A stretch of 64,000 bases of DNA from an uncultured Solirubrobacterales bacterium. Its GTDB lineage: Bacteria > Actinomycetota > Thermoleophilia > Solirubrobacterales > JBBDJG01. Position 1 is the stretch's first letter, and each line of letters opens with the position of its first letter. Under the pieces are notes generated by a model, which worked only from the letters and a program-made list of their open reading frames with translations, did not search any database and was not told the DNA's origin. The position numbers were made by a program, and so were the translations under genes. Shown here piece after piece: positions 1 through 9,570 of this stretch. The stretch covers positions 622,909-686,908 of the forward strand of contig OY970293.1 of NCBI GenBank assembly GCA_963716195.1, written 5' to 3'.

Positions 1-791
1 GTGCTCGTGCACGTGCCATCCGGGGCGGTCGAGCGCACGGCTAGCCCCAGGCCGTCCGGGTCGGCGCTCGAGTCGACCGTGATGGGGAAGGGACCGAGGC
101 GCTTCGGGAACGCTCCGACCTGGGTCTCGGCGCCGAGCTCACGTGCGACCGCCGCGCGTCCTTCGTCGGTGTCCGCGTACACGACCCGTTTCGCGCCCAG
201 CGCGACCGCGGCCGCCACCGCGTAGAGGCCGATCGAGCCCGGGCCCGCCCCGCCGACGACGAGCACGTCGGCGCCCGGCTCGCGTTGGAGCGCTGGCCCG
301 ACCGTCCGCCACCCGTCCGCGATGTTGTCGGACGCGCTCGCGACCGCAGCCGGCTCGAGGCTTTCCGGCACGGGAACGAGCATGTGGTCTGCGAATGGCA
401 CGGCCACCGTGTCCGACAGGAAGCCGCCCCACTGGTCCACCGCGGGGCCGAATCCATAGGTCGACATGAACCCGACACTCGTGCAGTTCGCGGTTCGGCC
501 GCGCCGGCATGCATCGCACGTGCCGCAGGAGATCTGGAACGGCACGGTTACGCGCTGACCAGGAAGGACGCCGGTCACGTCGTCGCCGGCGTCGACGACC
601 TCGGCGACGCACTCGTGTCCGAGCGCGAATGGGGGCGGGAACGGCGACGAGCCTTTGACGATGAGCGCGTCGAGATCGCAGGTCGCGACCGCTATGGGGC
701 GCACGAGGGCCGCCTGATCGGAGGGGAGGGACGGCGCTTTCACTTCTCTCCAGTCGACCTCTCTGGGACCGAGGTATTGCAGCTGCTGCAT
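1..791 (-). CDS. Zinc-dependent alcohol dehydrogenase (MDR family), runs off the window's left edge
   Basis: Manual translation from ATG at 791: MQQLQYLGPREVDWREVKAP...VRPIAVATCDLD...LGHECVAEV...PFQISCGTCDACRRGRTANC; Rossmann GGAGPGSIG; GGAG RBS upstream. Confidence 0.85.
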   Translation of the reverse strand, partial: MQQLQYLGPREVDWREVKAPSLPSDQAALVRPIAVATCDLDALIVKGSSPFPPPFALGHECVAEVVDAGDDVTGVLPGQRVTVPFQISCGTCDACRRGRTANCTSVGFMSTYGFGPAVDQWGGFLSDTVAVPFADHMLVPVPESLEPAAVASASDNIADGWRTVGPALQREPGADVLVVGGAGPGSIGLYAVAAAVALGAKRVVYADTDEGRAAVARELGAETQVGAFPKRLGPFPITVDSSADPDGLGLAVRSTAPDGTCTS

Positions 792-812
792 GGCGGCGCT
801 CCTCTCTAATGA

Positions 813-829
813 GTAGACCGGTCGTTATA
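813..829. promoter_or_regulatory. TetR (LmrA/YxaF-type) operator-like palindrome TAGACCGGTCGTTATA
   Basis: GACCGGTC dyad just upstream of the ADH start; resembles LmrA/QdoR boxes; next to a TetR remnant. Confidence 0.45.
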
Positions 830-840
830 CCGCGACCGTA

Positions 841-954
841 ACGCTCGAGGCCGCCACGATCGAAGGAGCACTTCTTCTCCCACGCTCGGAGCGCGACACA
901 GCACCGCTCTTCGCGCTCAAGCGCGAGCTCAAGCACCTGCTGCGACCGAGCTGA
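841..954 (+). pseudogene. C-terminal remnant of a TetR-family (LmrA/YxaF-like) repressor
   Basis: Frame reads ...AATIEGALLLPRSERDTAPLFALKRELKHLLRPS*, like the C-terminal IEGALLLAR...TAPL motif; no start codon or HTH. Confidence 0.55.
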
Positions 955-999
955 CGGCTTCCCCGCGCGGCGTCTTGCCCGGGTAGACTGGGCGCAACT

Positions 1000-1225
1000 A
1001 CGGTCGGTGGCCCCGCAAGGGCGCAAGTCGACGGTCTGTGGATCCAGAAAGGAACAGATCGCCGGCGCGTGAGGGAAGTCCGGTGCAAGACCGGCGCGGT
1101 CCCGCCACTGTGACCGGGAGCGTCCGCCGCACTCCGCGAGGAGGGCGATGGAAGCCACTGGGGAGCTGCGCTCCCTGGGAAGGCGCGGCGGAAGACCCGG
1201 AAGCCAGGAGACCTGCCCTGACCGA
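1000..1225 (+). ncRNA. Cobalamin (B12) riboswitch
   Basis: AGGGAAGTCCGGTGCAAGACCGGCGCGGTCCCGCCACTGTGA...GCCACTG...GGGAAGGC...AGCCAGGAGACCTGCC B12-box; TAGACT -10 at 984-989; upstream of B12 transport genes. Confidence 0.95.
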
Positions 1226-1258
1226 CGCCATGACAACCCTCGAGGAAGGGAAGGCTCG

Positions 1259-3091
1259 ATGAAAGGCAGGTTCATGTTGGCGGCGCTCGTCGCGCTGCTG
1301 GTGCTCTGCGCACCGGCGCTGGCGGCGCCGGCGACCGTGCAGCTGCGCGTCGAGGGCGCCAGCAGCACCATTTTCGAAGGCCCCGTGACGACCGACGGGA
1401 AGACGATCACGAAGGGACCCGGCTCGCTTGCGTGCGACGGCAGCGCTGCGACGCCGCCGCAGGGGCCCGGGCCGACGATGACGTCGGCGCTCGATGACGG
1501 TCTCGCTGCGGCCGGGCTGTCCTGGGAGGCTTCGTTCTTCAACGACTTCTTCATCTCGAGCGTCAATGGAGAAGCAAACGATTTCGCCGCAAACAGATTC
1601 TGGGGCTACGCGCTCAACGGCGTGGCGGTATCGGTCGGCGGCTGCCAGCAAACGGTGCAGCCGGGAGACGAGGTCCTGTACGCGTTCGACTTCTTCAGCC
1701 AAACGCCGCCAGACTTTCCAGCGAAGCCGTTGCTGAAGCTGGCGGGCCCGGGCAGACTGGCAACAGGTGCGCAGGCGGAGGTGGCCGTCACCAACAGCAC
1801 AACCGGAACCGCCTTCGCAGGCGCGACCGTGGGCGGCGAGCAGACAGACGCTGCGGGGAAGGCGAAGCTCGGCTTCCCGTCACCCGGCCTGGTGAGTCTG
1901 AAGGCCGAAGCGCCGGGTGCGGTTCGCTCCAATGCTCTCAAGATCTGCGTGTCCGCGGATGGCAACGGCGATTGCGGCGTGCCTCCCGAGCAGCTCGGGA
2001 CGCCGCGTACGTCCGGCGGCGTCAGGGACTCGAAGGCGCCAATCGCTCGCATCTCCGGCCTGCAGGACGGAAAGCACTACACCCGCGGTCCGCGCCTCTT
2101 GAAGGGCACCGCACGCGACGACGGCACCGGCGTCAGCATCGTCAAGCTGGCGCTGCGCCGGCACGTCAGCGGCCACTGCACCTGGTGGAGCGGGCGGCGG
2201 GAGCGGTTCGTGGGCAGCAACTGCCGCAAGAAGTTCTTCTTCGGGATCGGCAGCGATGCGAACTGGTCATACCAGCTCGCGCGTAGCCTGCCGCCGGGGC
2301 GCTACGTGCTCGACGTCAAGGCGTTCGACCGCGTGCGCAACCGCGACGAGAAGTTCGTGCGGGGGCAGAACCGGATTGTGTTCTACGTCGACGGGAAGAA
2401 AGCGGGGCGGGCCACTGCGGCCCGCTCCCGCGGTGCCCGGGTGAAGGTGATGGTGGTCGGGCGTGACGGCGACGTCCTGGCGAAGGCGCGCTCGGTGCGA
2501 GCGGCCGCCGCGAGGGTGCGCGCCTCAGGCCGGCGCTGCAAGGTGAACGCGTCGACTCCGCTCGCTGCGCTCGTGAAGGCCGGACTGCCGGTTCACGTCC
2601 GCGACTACGGCCGCTGCTCGAGGCGCAGCGGGCGCGACTCCGGGCAGCTGTTCGTCGATCGCATCGACGACGACCGCAACGGCGGCCAGGACGGCTGGGT
2701 CTACAAGGTTGGCCGGCGCGCCGGGAGCGCGGGAGCGGCCGATCCCGCCGGTCCGTTCGGCTCCGGCGCACTGCCCCGCAACGCCGAGGTGCTGTGGTTC
2801 TACTGCCTGCACACCGATGCGGCCGGCGGCTGCCAGCAGTCGCTGAGTGTTTCGTTCCCGGCCAAGAAGGCTCGCGCTGGGCAGACCCTGGGGGTGACCG
2901 TCCGTGGTTACGACAACGAGGGGCGCGGGCAGCCGGTTGCGGGAGCGCGCGTCGCGCTTGGTCCCGTCTCCGCGCAGACCGGCGCACACGGGAGGGCCAT
3001 CCTTACCCTGCCGCAGGCGGGCTCATATGTAGTGCAGGCGACAGCGAATGGGAAGGTGCCGTCGTTTCCGGTTGCCCTCACAGTCGTTTAG
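1259..3091 (+). CDS. Secreted protein with two DUF4430 (transcobalamin beta-domain-like) modules and Ig-like domains; probable B12-binding protein
   Basis: Signal peptide; FFISSVNG...FWGYALNG...VGGCQ...GDEVLYAF and LFVDRIDD...GWVYKVG...EVLWFY; first gene after the riboswitch. Confidence 0.75.
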   Translation: MKGRFMLAALVALLVLCAPALAAPATVQLRVEGASSTIFEGPVTTDGKTITKGPGSLACDGSAATPPQGPGPTMTSALDDGLAAAGLSWEASFFNDFFISSVNGEANDFAANRFWGYALNGVAVSVGGCQQTVQPGDEVLYAFDFFSQTPPDFPAKPLLKLAGPGRLATGAQAEVAVTNSTTGTAFAGATVGGEQTDAAGKAKLGFPSPGLVSLKAEAPGAVRSNALKICVSADGNGDCGVPPEQLGTPRTSGGVRDSKAPIARISGLQDGKHYTRGPRLLKGTARDDGTGVSIVKLALRRHVSGHCTWWSGRRERFVGSNCRKKFFFGIGSDANWSYQLARSLPPGRYVLDVKAFDRVRNRDEKFVRGQNRIVFYVDGKKAGRATAARSRGARVKVMVVGRDGDVLAKARSVRAAAARVRASGRRCKVNASTPLAALVKAGLPVHVRDYGRCSRRSGRDSGQLFVDRIDDDRNGGQDGWVYKVGRRAGSAGAADPAGPFGSGALPRNAEVLWFYCLHTDAAGGCQQSLSVSFPAKKARAGQTLGVTVRGYDNEGRGQPVAGARVALGPVSAQTGAHGRAILTLPQAGSYVVQATANGKVPSFPVALTVV

Positions 3092-3996
3092 CCGCGCTTG
3101 CCGCGCTTGTCGCCGCGATTGCGCTGGCAGGCTGCACGCTTGGTCCCGAGAACAAGGGCGCCGGCGCCACTCTGACCGTCACCCGCGACTTCGGCACGCG
3201 GGTGCTCGTGCGCGCGCACGACAAGGACTTGCCGAAGGGGGAGACGGCGATTCGCATCCTCCAGCGCCACGGCGACGCCGACACCCGCTACGGCGGTCGC
3301 TTCGTGAACGCGATCGAGGGCATCCGCTCCTCGAGCTCCGGCGACTCGCGGCGCGACTGGTTCTACTACGTGAACGGGATCGAGGCAGACGTCGGCGCGG
3401 CGGAGAAGCGCCTCTCGCCGAGCGACCGCGTGTGGTGGGACTACCACGACTGGAGCGCCGCCATGCGCACCCCGGCCGTGGTCGGCTCGTTCCCGGAACC
3501 CTTCCTGCACGGTGAGGAGGGCAAGCGCTTTCCGGTGCGGATCGACTGCGCTCAAGATGCGGCGGAGACCTGCGACCGCGTCGCGGATCGTCTCGATGCG
3601 GCCGGCATCGCGCCGAGCACCACGGCGCTAGGCGCTCCCGCGGGCAAGGAGGTGCTCCGCGTGGTCGTGGGCGAGTGGCCGGAGGTACGCGAGGACGCGG
3701 CAGCACGCCAGATCGAGCAGGGTCCCGCCAGGAGCGGCGTTTTCGCTCGCTTCGTCGCGGGGCCGGCGCTGGAGTTGATCGACGACCGTGGGCACGTTCG
3801 CCGGCAGCTCCGCGAGAACGCCGGTCTGGTCGCAGCGACCCGGTTCGAGGAGCAGGTGCCCACGTGGGTCGTCACCGGGACCGACGCAGCCGGCGTGGAA
3901 AACGCCGTTCGCCTGCTCGAAGAGAGCAAGCTACGGAACCGCTTCGCAGTGGCAAGCGACGGAACCCGCGAGCTGGCACTCCCGGTGCGACCATGA
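3085..3996 (+). CDS. DUF4430 lipoprotein (ECF-associated B12-binding protein); start codon unclear
   Basis: Lipobox IALAG-C; YGGRFVNAIEG...DWFYYVNGIEADVGAAE...DRVWWDY; no in-frame ATG/GTG/TTG near the signal peptide, so the start is approximate. Confidence 0.75.
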   Translation, partial: RLAALAALVAAIALAGCTLGPENKGAGATLTVTRDFGTRVLVRAHDKDLPKGETAIRILQRHGDADTRYGGRFVNAIEGIRSSSSGDSRRDWFYYVNGIEADVGAAEKRLSPSDRVWWDYHDWSAAMRTPAVVGSFPEPFLHGEEGKRFPVRIDCAQDAAETCDRVADRLDAAGIAPSTTALGAPAGKEVLRVVVGEWPEVREDAAARQIEQGPARSGVFARFVAGPALELIDDRGHVRRQLRENAGLVAATRFEEQVPTWVVTGTDAAGVENAVRLLEESKLRNRFAVASDGTRELALPVRP

Positions 3997-4907
3997 TCGG
4001 CCTCGCTCCCACCTACCGGCCGACCGGTAGTTCGCTGCACCGCACCCGCACGCCGGTCGCCATCGCGTACCTGGCGCTGCCCGCGCTCGTGGCGATCTGC
4101 TTCGACCATCCGCTCGTGCTCACCGCCGCACTCGCGGGCACGGCCGCAGCCGGGATCGCGGCCGGCGTCCGCCGGGAGCTGGCACGCGCAGCGCTGCTCG
4201 CGCTGCCCCTCGCGCTGTTCGTGTTGCTGATCAATCCGATCGTGTCGCAGCAGGGGTTGACGGTGATCGCGACCGGCCCCGTGCTGCCAGTGATCGGACC
4301 GCTCGATATCACGCTGGAGGCGGTCGCGTTCGGAGCTGTCGCGGCGCTCCGGGTGCTCGTGCTCCTGGTCGCGTTCGCGCTCTTCTCCGCCACGGTCGAC
4401 CCCGACGAGCTCTTGCGTCTGTTCCGGCGCGTGTCGTTTCGCTCGGCTCTCAGCGCATCGCTTGCGACGCGGCTCGTGCCCGTGCTCGGCCGTGACTCGC
4501 TGCGCTTGGCGGACGCGTATCGGCTGCGCGCCGCCGCGCCGGTGCCGGAGTCGGCGCGGTTCCCGCGCGTGCGGCGGGGGGCGACGCTGACGCGCGCGCT
4601 CGCAGCAGGCGCGCTCGAGCGCGCGGTCGATCTCGCGGCGGCGCTCGAGGTGCGTGGCTACGGGCTCGCCCGCCGCGCGCCCGCGGCGGCGCCGGCAGCG
4701 TGGTCGCGCGCCGACCTGGCATTCGGACTCGCGGCCGCCTGCGGGTGGGTGCTGATCATCGGCTCCGCCGTCGTGGGGGTCGCGCACTTCGAGGCCTATC
4801 CGCGCCTGGAGGCCGATGGCGGCCCGGCAACGCTCGCGCTGTCGGCGGCGATCGCCGGCGTGCTGGTCGCGCCGTTCGCCTTCCCAAGGCGCAGGAACGC
4901 GCGGTGA
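3993..4907 (+). CDS. ECF transporter transmembrane T component
   Basis: Multiple TM helices, ITLEAVAFG, ALERAVDLAAALEVRGY; ATGA overlap with the upstream gene. Confidence 0.85.
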   Translation: MIGLAPTYRPTGSSLHRTRTPVAIAYLALPALVAICFDHPLVLTAALAGTAAAGIAAGVRRELARAALLALPLALFVLLINPIVSQQGLTVIATGPVLPVIGPLDITLEAVAFGAVAALRVLVLLVAFALFSATVDPDELLRLFRRVSFRSALSASLATRLVPVLGRDSLRLADAYRLRAAAPVPESARFPRVRRGATLTRALAAGALERAVDLAAALEVRGYGLARRAPAAAPAAWSRADLAFGLAAACGWVLIIGSAVVGVAHFEAYPRLEADGGPATLALSAAIAGVLVAPFAFPRRRNAR

Positions 4908-6580
4908 GCGCTTCCCTCCTCAGCCTCCAGCGCATCTCCTACCGCTATCCCGGTGCGCGCGAATGGGCGCTGCGCGAGATCGACCTCGAGCTCGGCGAGG
5001 GCGAGCTCGTTCTCGTCGCGGGCGCGTCGGCGAGCGGCAAGTCGACGCTGCTTCGCACGGGCTCGGCGCTCATCCCGCACTTCCACGGCGGCGAGTTCTC
5101 AGGCCGGGCGCTCGTTGGTGGACTCGACACGAAGAACGAGGGACCCGCCGCAGTGGCCGCGGTCGCTTCATCGCTGTTCCAGGACCCCGAGGCCCAGGTG
5201 GTCATGAACGGGGTGCGCTCCGAGCTGGCGCTGCCGCTCGAGAACCGTGGCGAGCACCCGGCCGCGATTGCCCGCGCGGTCGAGGAGACTGCGATCGCAC
5301 TCGGCATCGAGGAGCTGCTCGAGCGGCCGCTGTACACGCTCTCTGGAGGCGAGCTGCAACGCGTCGCGCTCGGGGCGGCCGTTGTGACGCGCCCCCGCCT
5401 GCTGCTGCTCGACGAGCCCACGTCGCAGCTCGACCCGGTGGCGGGCGACGAGCTGATCTGGCAGCTGCGACGGCTGAACGAAGAGTGGGGGACGACGGTG
5501 CTGCTGTCAGAGCACCGGATCGAGCGCTGCCTCGCGGCCGCTGATCGTGTCGTTGTGCTCGCGCGCGGACGGCTGGCTTTCGACGGGACGCCGCGTGGGT
5601 TCGTCGGCTGGGCGGCTGCGCAGGCGCCGGAGCTTGCGCCGCCCGCCTCGCGCATGTGCGCGCTCGCCGGCATCGAGCCGCTGCCGCTCGGCGTGAAGGA
5701 CGCGCGGCGCGTCCTTGGCGAGCACGGTCTGCTCGTGCCGCCGGACGACGACGAGCCGCCACCGGCCGTTTTCGATCGCCCCCGGCGGTTCATGCGCAGA
5801 CGGCGCAAGACGGACGGCGAGCGCCTCGCCCTGGAGGGCGTGTGGCTCGAGTACGACGGCGAGGGGCGCGCACCGATCGAGGCGCTGCGCGGCGTCGACC
5901 TGACGTTCGGCGCGGGTGAAACCGTGGCGCTGCTCGGGCAAAACGGCGCCGGCAAGAGCACGTTGCTGAGGATCGCGGCCGGACTGCTCGAGCCCGGGCG
6001 CGGCCGCGTGCGGCGCGCCGGCGACGTTGCGCTCGTCGTACAGAACCCCGCCGACTACTTCCTGCACGAGCGCGCGAGCGACGAGCTTCCGCGCCGCTAC
6101 GCGCAGGCCGCCCTGGAGGAGCTCGGCCTGGCGGGAGCAGGCGACAGCGATCCGCGCGACCTGTCGGGTGGAGAGCGCCAGCGCCTCGCGCTCGCGATCG
6201 TGCTGGCCGGGCGCGGCCTCGGCGGCGGCGATGCGCCGGCGGTGATCGCGCTCGACGAGCCGACGCGCGGCATGGACCGCGCACGCAAAGTCGCGCTCGC
6301 GGAGCGGCTGCGCGCGCTCGCCGCCTCGGGAGCGGCAGTCGTCGTCGCTACGCATGACGTCGAATTCGCGGCCCGCGTTGCGGAGCGCTCCGTCCTGCTC
6401 GGGCGCGGAAGGGTGATCGCAGACGGACCCGCACGCGAGGTACTGTGCGGCGGGCGCTACTTCGCCACCGAGGTCGGGCGCGTGCTCGGCGCACAGGCGC
6501 GTGTCGTGCTACCCGAGGACGGCGCGCGGCTCTTGAGGGATCGCGCTACCGCTCCCCGTGCGAGCGAGGCGATCCGTTGA
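4904..6580 (+). CDS. ECF transporter fused dual ATPase (A-A')
   Basis: Two Walker A motifs (GASASGKS, GQNGAGKS), two LSGGE signatures, LDEPT motifs; GTGA overlap. Confidence 0.92.
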   Translation: MSASLLSLQRISYRYPGAREWALREIDLELGEGELVLVAGASASGKSTLLRTGSALIPHFHGGEFSGRALVGGLDTKNEGPAAVAAVASSLFQDPEAQVVMNGVRSELALPLENRGEHPAAIARAVEETAIALGIEELLERPLYTLSGGELQRVALGAAVVTRPRLLLLDEPTSQLDPVAGDELIWQLRRLNEEWGTTVLLSEHRIERCLAAADRVVVLARGRLAFDGTPRGFVGWAAAQAPELAPPASRMCALAGIEPLPLGVKDARRVLGEHGLLVPPDDDEPPPAVFDRPRRFMRRRRKTDGERLALEGVWLEYDGEGRAPIEALRGVDLTFGAGETVALLGQNGAGKSTLLRIAAGLLEPGRGRVRRAGDVALVVQNPADYFLHERASDELPRRYAQAALEELGLAGAGDSDPRDLSGGERQRLALAIVLAGRGLGGGDAPAVIALDEPTRGMDRARKVALAERLRALAASGAAVVVATHDVEFAARVAERSVLLGRGRVIADGPAREVLCGGRYFATEVGRVLGAQARVVLPEDGARLLRDRATAPRASEAIR

Positions 6581-8406
6581 GCTGGCAGGCCGCCAGCACG
6601 CTGCTCGTGCTCGCCGCGCTCGGGATCGGGTTCCTGTGGTACGAGCGCTCCCGCCCTTCGTCGAAGGTCGTCGCCGTCGTCGGCGTCATGGCGGCGGCCG
6701 CCGTCGCCGGCCGGGTGGTGCTGACGCCGATTCCCAACGTCCAGGCGACGACCGACGTGTGCCTCATCTCCGGCTTCGCGCTCGGCGCCGGGCCCGGTTT
6801 CGCGATCGGCGCGATCGCGGCGCTCGCCTCGAACTTCTTTCTCGGTCAGGGACCGTGGACTCCGTGGGAGATGCTGGGGTGGGGAGCGGCCGGCGTGCTC
6901 GGCGCGGCGCTCGCGGGAGCAGGGGTCCGGCCGCGCCGCGCGATCCTCGCGCTCGTGTGCGCGCTCGCGGGCCTGGCGTTCGGCGCGTGGATGGACCTCT
7001 TCACGCTGCTCAACTTCACCGCGGAGCGAACAGGCGACACCTATCTCGCGATCTCGGCGGCCAGTCTTCCCTTCAACCTGGCGCACGCGATCGGCAATGC
7101 CCTGCTCGCAATCGCTCTCGGGCCCGCACTGTTGCGACTGCTGACGCGTTACCGGCGCCGGTTCGAGGTCAGCTGGCGGCCGATCGAGGTGCCCGCTGCG
7201 ACGCTCGCGCTCACGGCGGCGCTTGCGCTGTTGCTTGTGGCCGCGCCGTCGGTCGTCGCGGCCGGCCCCCGCGACGCCGTTCGCTACCTGGAACGCGCGC
7301 AGAACAGCGACGGCGGCTTCGGCGGCGCGCCCGGGCAGCGCTCGAACCAGCTCATCACCGGGTGGACAGCGATCGGACTCGAGGCGGCGGGGCGCAATCC
7401 ACTCGACGTGCGGCGGGGAGGCCATTCGGCGATCGACTACATGCGTTCGGGGGCGGGCTCCTTGAAGGAGACGGGCGAGCTTGAGCGCACCATCATCGCT
7501 CTGCGTGGCGCCGGAGTGAGCGCGAGATTTGGCGGCAACGACCTGGTCGCCGCGCTCCTTCGCCGCCAGCGCGGCGACGGCTCGTTCGACGGGCTGGTCA
7601 ACTGGACCTCGTTCGGCATTCTGTCCCTGCGCGCAGCCGGACGCGCCGAACGTTCGCGACCGGTTCGCAGGGCGCGCAGCTTCCTGCTGTCGCAGCAGAA
7701 CGACGACGGCGGGTTCACATTCGGCGGCCGCGGCGGCGCCAGCGACGTCGACGACACCGGCTCCGCCCTGCAGGCGCTGGCGGCATCGGGCGGCCGGCGC
7801 TCGGGCGCAATCAAGCGCGCCGTCTCGTACCTGCGCGGCGAGCAGAACGACGACGGCGGCTTCGGGCAGCTCGAGGGCTCGCGGTCGAACGCGCAGTCGA
7901 CAGCATGGGCCGTGCAGGGCCTGGCGGCGGCCCGCCAGGACGCGCGGCGCTTCGGCAGCGGCCGCTCGCCGCTCGCGTATCTGCGTTCCCTCCAGAACGA
8001 CGACGGCAGCTTCCGCTACTCGCGCACCAGCGCGCAGACGCCGGTATGGGTGACCGCGCAGGCGCTTGCCGCGATCAAGCTGAAGGCGCTCCCGCTGAGA
8101 GCGCCCGCGCGCCGCGCGGTGCGGCAGGCGACCTCGCCAAACCACGCAGCAGGCAAGCCGTCACGCCGGGAGCGTGCGACACGGGACCGCGCCCCCGAAA
8201 GCACGGCGACCCCGCGCCCTCTCGAGGTGACGGCGCCGCCGCAGGCTCCACCCGCGACTGCAGCCGCCAGCCGCGACGCCGCCGAGCGCGGTTCACTTGA
8301 GGATGAAGAGGGGCCGGTTGCATCATGGGGCCCGCTGCTCGCCGTTGCCGTGGTTGCGTTGCTCGCTTGCATGGGGCTGAGGGCCCTGCGTTCCCGGCGA
8401 GCTTGA
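6577..8406 (+). CDS. ECF S component (CbrT-like) fused to a prenyltransferase/squalene-oxidase-repeat alpha barrel and a C-terminal TM anchor
   Basis: IPNVQATTD, SNFFLGQGPWTPWEM (CbrT-like), then five Q(N/R)xDG(G/S)F repeats; TTGA overlap. Confidence 0.85.
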   Translation: MSWQAASTLLVLAALGIGFLWYERSRPSSKVVAVVGVMAAAAVAGRVVLTPIPNVQATTDVCLISGFALGAGPGFAIGAIAALASNFFLGQGPWTPWEMLGWGAAGVLGAALAGAGVRPRRAILALVCALAGLAFGAWMDLFTLLNFTAERTGDTYLAISAASLPFNLAHAIGNALLAIALGPALLRLLTRYRRRFEVSWRPIEVPAATLALTAALALLLVAAPSVVAAGPRDAVRYLERAQNSDGGFGGAPGQRSNQLITGWTAIGLEAAGRNPLDVRRGGHSAIDYMRSGAGSLKETGELERTIIALRGAGVSARFGGNDLVAALLRRQRGDGSFDGLVNWTSFGILSLRAAGRAERSRPVRRARSFLLSQQNDDGGFTFGGRGGASDVDDTGSALQALAASGGRRSGAIKRAVSYLRGEQNDDGGFGQLEGSRSNAQSTAWAVQGLAAARQDARRFGSGRSPLAYLRSLQNDDGSFRYSRTSAQTPVWVTAQALAAIKLKALPLRAPARRAVRQATSPNHAAGKPSRRERATRDRAPESTATPRPLEVTAPPQAPPATAAASRDAAERGSLEDEEGPVASWGPLLAVAVVALLACMGLRALRSRRA

Positions 8407-8415
8407 GAGGAACCT

Positions 8416-8445
8416 GTTAGGGTGGCCAAATTAGGCAGCCCTAAC
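8416..8445. promoter_or_regulatory. Tandem IdeR/DtxR-type iron box
   Basis: GTTAGGGTGGCCAAATTAGGCAGCCCTAAC contains two TTAGG-N4-CC(T/A)AA cores forming a near-perfect inverted repeat, directly upstream of iron uptake genes. Confidence 0.75.
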
Positions 8446-8472
8446 GTCTTTGTCTCTCGCGTTCCCGGCCCA

Positions 8473-9570
8473 GTGCGCCTCAGAAAAGCCCGATCCTTCC
8501 AGCTCGCCCTGGCGCTCGTGGGCGCCATCGCCCTGACGTCGGCTTGTGGCAGCAACGGCGATGACAACGCGAGCTCGAATGGGGCGGCCGGAGCTGACCT
8601 CGGGGCGGTCAAGCGCTACCTCCTCCAGCACACTGAACGGCTCACCCGCGAGGTGGCCCAGATCGAGGCCGGCGCCGAGAGCTATTACCAACTCGCCAGG
8701 GCGGCGGATTTCAACTACCGGCGCCTCCTGGCGAGCGATCGTCAGCGGCTGCGGGATTGGATAGCGGACGCCCAGAACGATTTCCGGCGCGCCAACCCCG
8801 CGTATGAAGAGATGGAGGGCGTTGTCGCCGGTGTCCCCGAACTCGCGGACTACGACGTCATCATCGACGCCGGCAGCGACGCCAGCGACCCCGAGAACGC
8901 GGTTCCCTTCGACCTCGAGACTCCCGCGGGACGCACGCTGAAGCAGCCCGGAAACTTCAATTTCCTGATCGAGACCTCCGTGTTCGGCACGGAGCCGAAG
9001 TTCGCCGCGAAAGGGGTCAAGCCGGACCTCGACGGCGACGGGAACCTCGAGTTCGGCGAGGCACTGCCGGACGCCGACTTCTACGTCGCCGCGGCGCGCG
9101 AGTTCGCGCGCAACACCCGCGAGCTGGACAAAGCCGCGCGCAAATGGGAGCCGAACGAAGCGGATGCGTTCACGGCGCTGGTCGTGATGACCCCCACTAT
9201 GTCCGAGTACTTCGAGGCGTGGAAGCACTCCCGCTTCATCGCCGGCGATGAAGCGACCGAGAAGGCGTTCGTGGCTGCGTCCCGGCTGCAGGACATCGCC
9301 GACATCCTCGGTGGCCTCGTGCTCGTCTACGACAGCGTGCGGCCACTCGTGGCGACCGCCGACGCACAGCAGGCACGGCAGACGGGCGCCAGCCTGCGCA
9401 AGCTGCACTCGTTTGCCACCAAGCTGCGCGACACCGAGAGCGCAGGGCGCAAGTACACGGCCGAGGAGGCCGACACGCTCGGCTCGCAGGCGCAGGATCG
9501 TGCGGAGGCGATCGCCGGGCAGGTGAGCCAGGCGGCGGCCAAGCTCGACATCAAGGTGCAAGAGGGCTGA
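8473..9570 (+). CDS. EfeO/EfeM-like imelysin-fold iron-binding lipoprotein
   Basis: Lipobox ALTSA-C; RRANPAYEEMEGVVAG; acidic helical protein between the iron box and the FTR1 permease. Confidence 0.7.
   Translation: MRLRKARSFQLALALVGAIALTSACGSNGDDNASSNGAAGADLGAVKRYLLQHTERLTREVAQIEAGAESYYQLARAADFNYRRLLASDRQRLRDWIADAQNDFRRANPAYEEMEGVVAGVPELADYDVIIDAGSDASDPENAVPFDLETPAGRTLKQPGNFNFLIETSVFGTEPKFAAKGVKPDLDGDGNLEFGEALPDADFYVAAAREFARNTRELDKAARKWEPNEADAFTALVVMTPTMSEYFEAWKHSRFIAGDEATEKAFVAASRLQDIADILGGLVLVYDSVRPLVATADAQQARQTGASLRKLHSFATKLRDTESAGRKYTAEEADTLGSQAQDRAEAIAGQVSQAAAKLDIKVQEG

Noticed and set aside
7260-8090. Squalene-hopene or terpene cyclase
   Set aside because: A single barrel with no DXDD-type cyclase context, fused to an S component under a B12 riboswitch
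8422-8472. ORF-track start of the iron lipoprotein at 8422
   Set aside because: Falls inside the iron box; the GTG at 8473 gives a normal lipoprotein signal peptide
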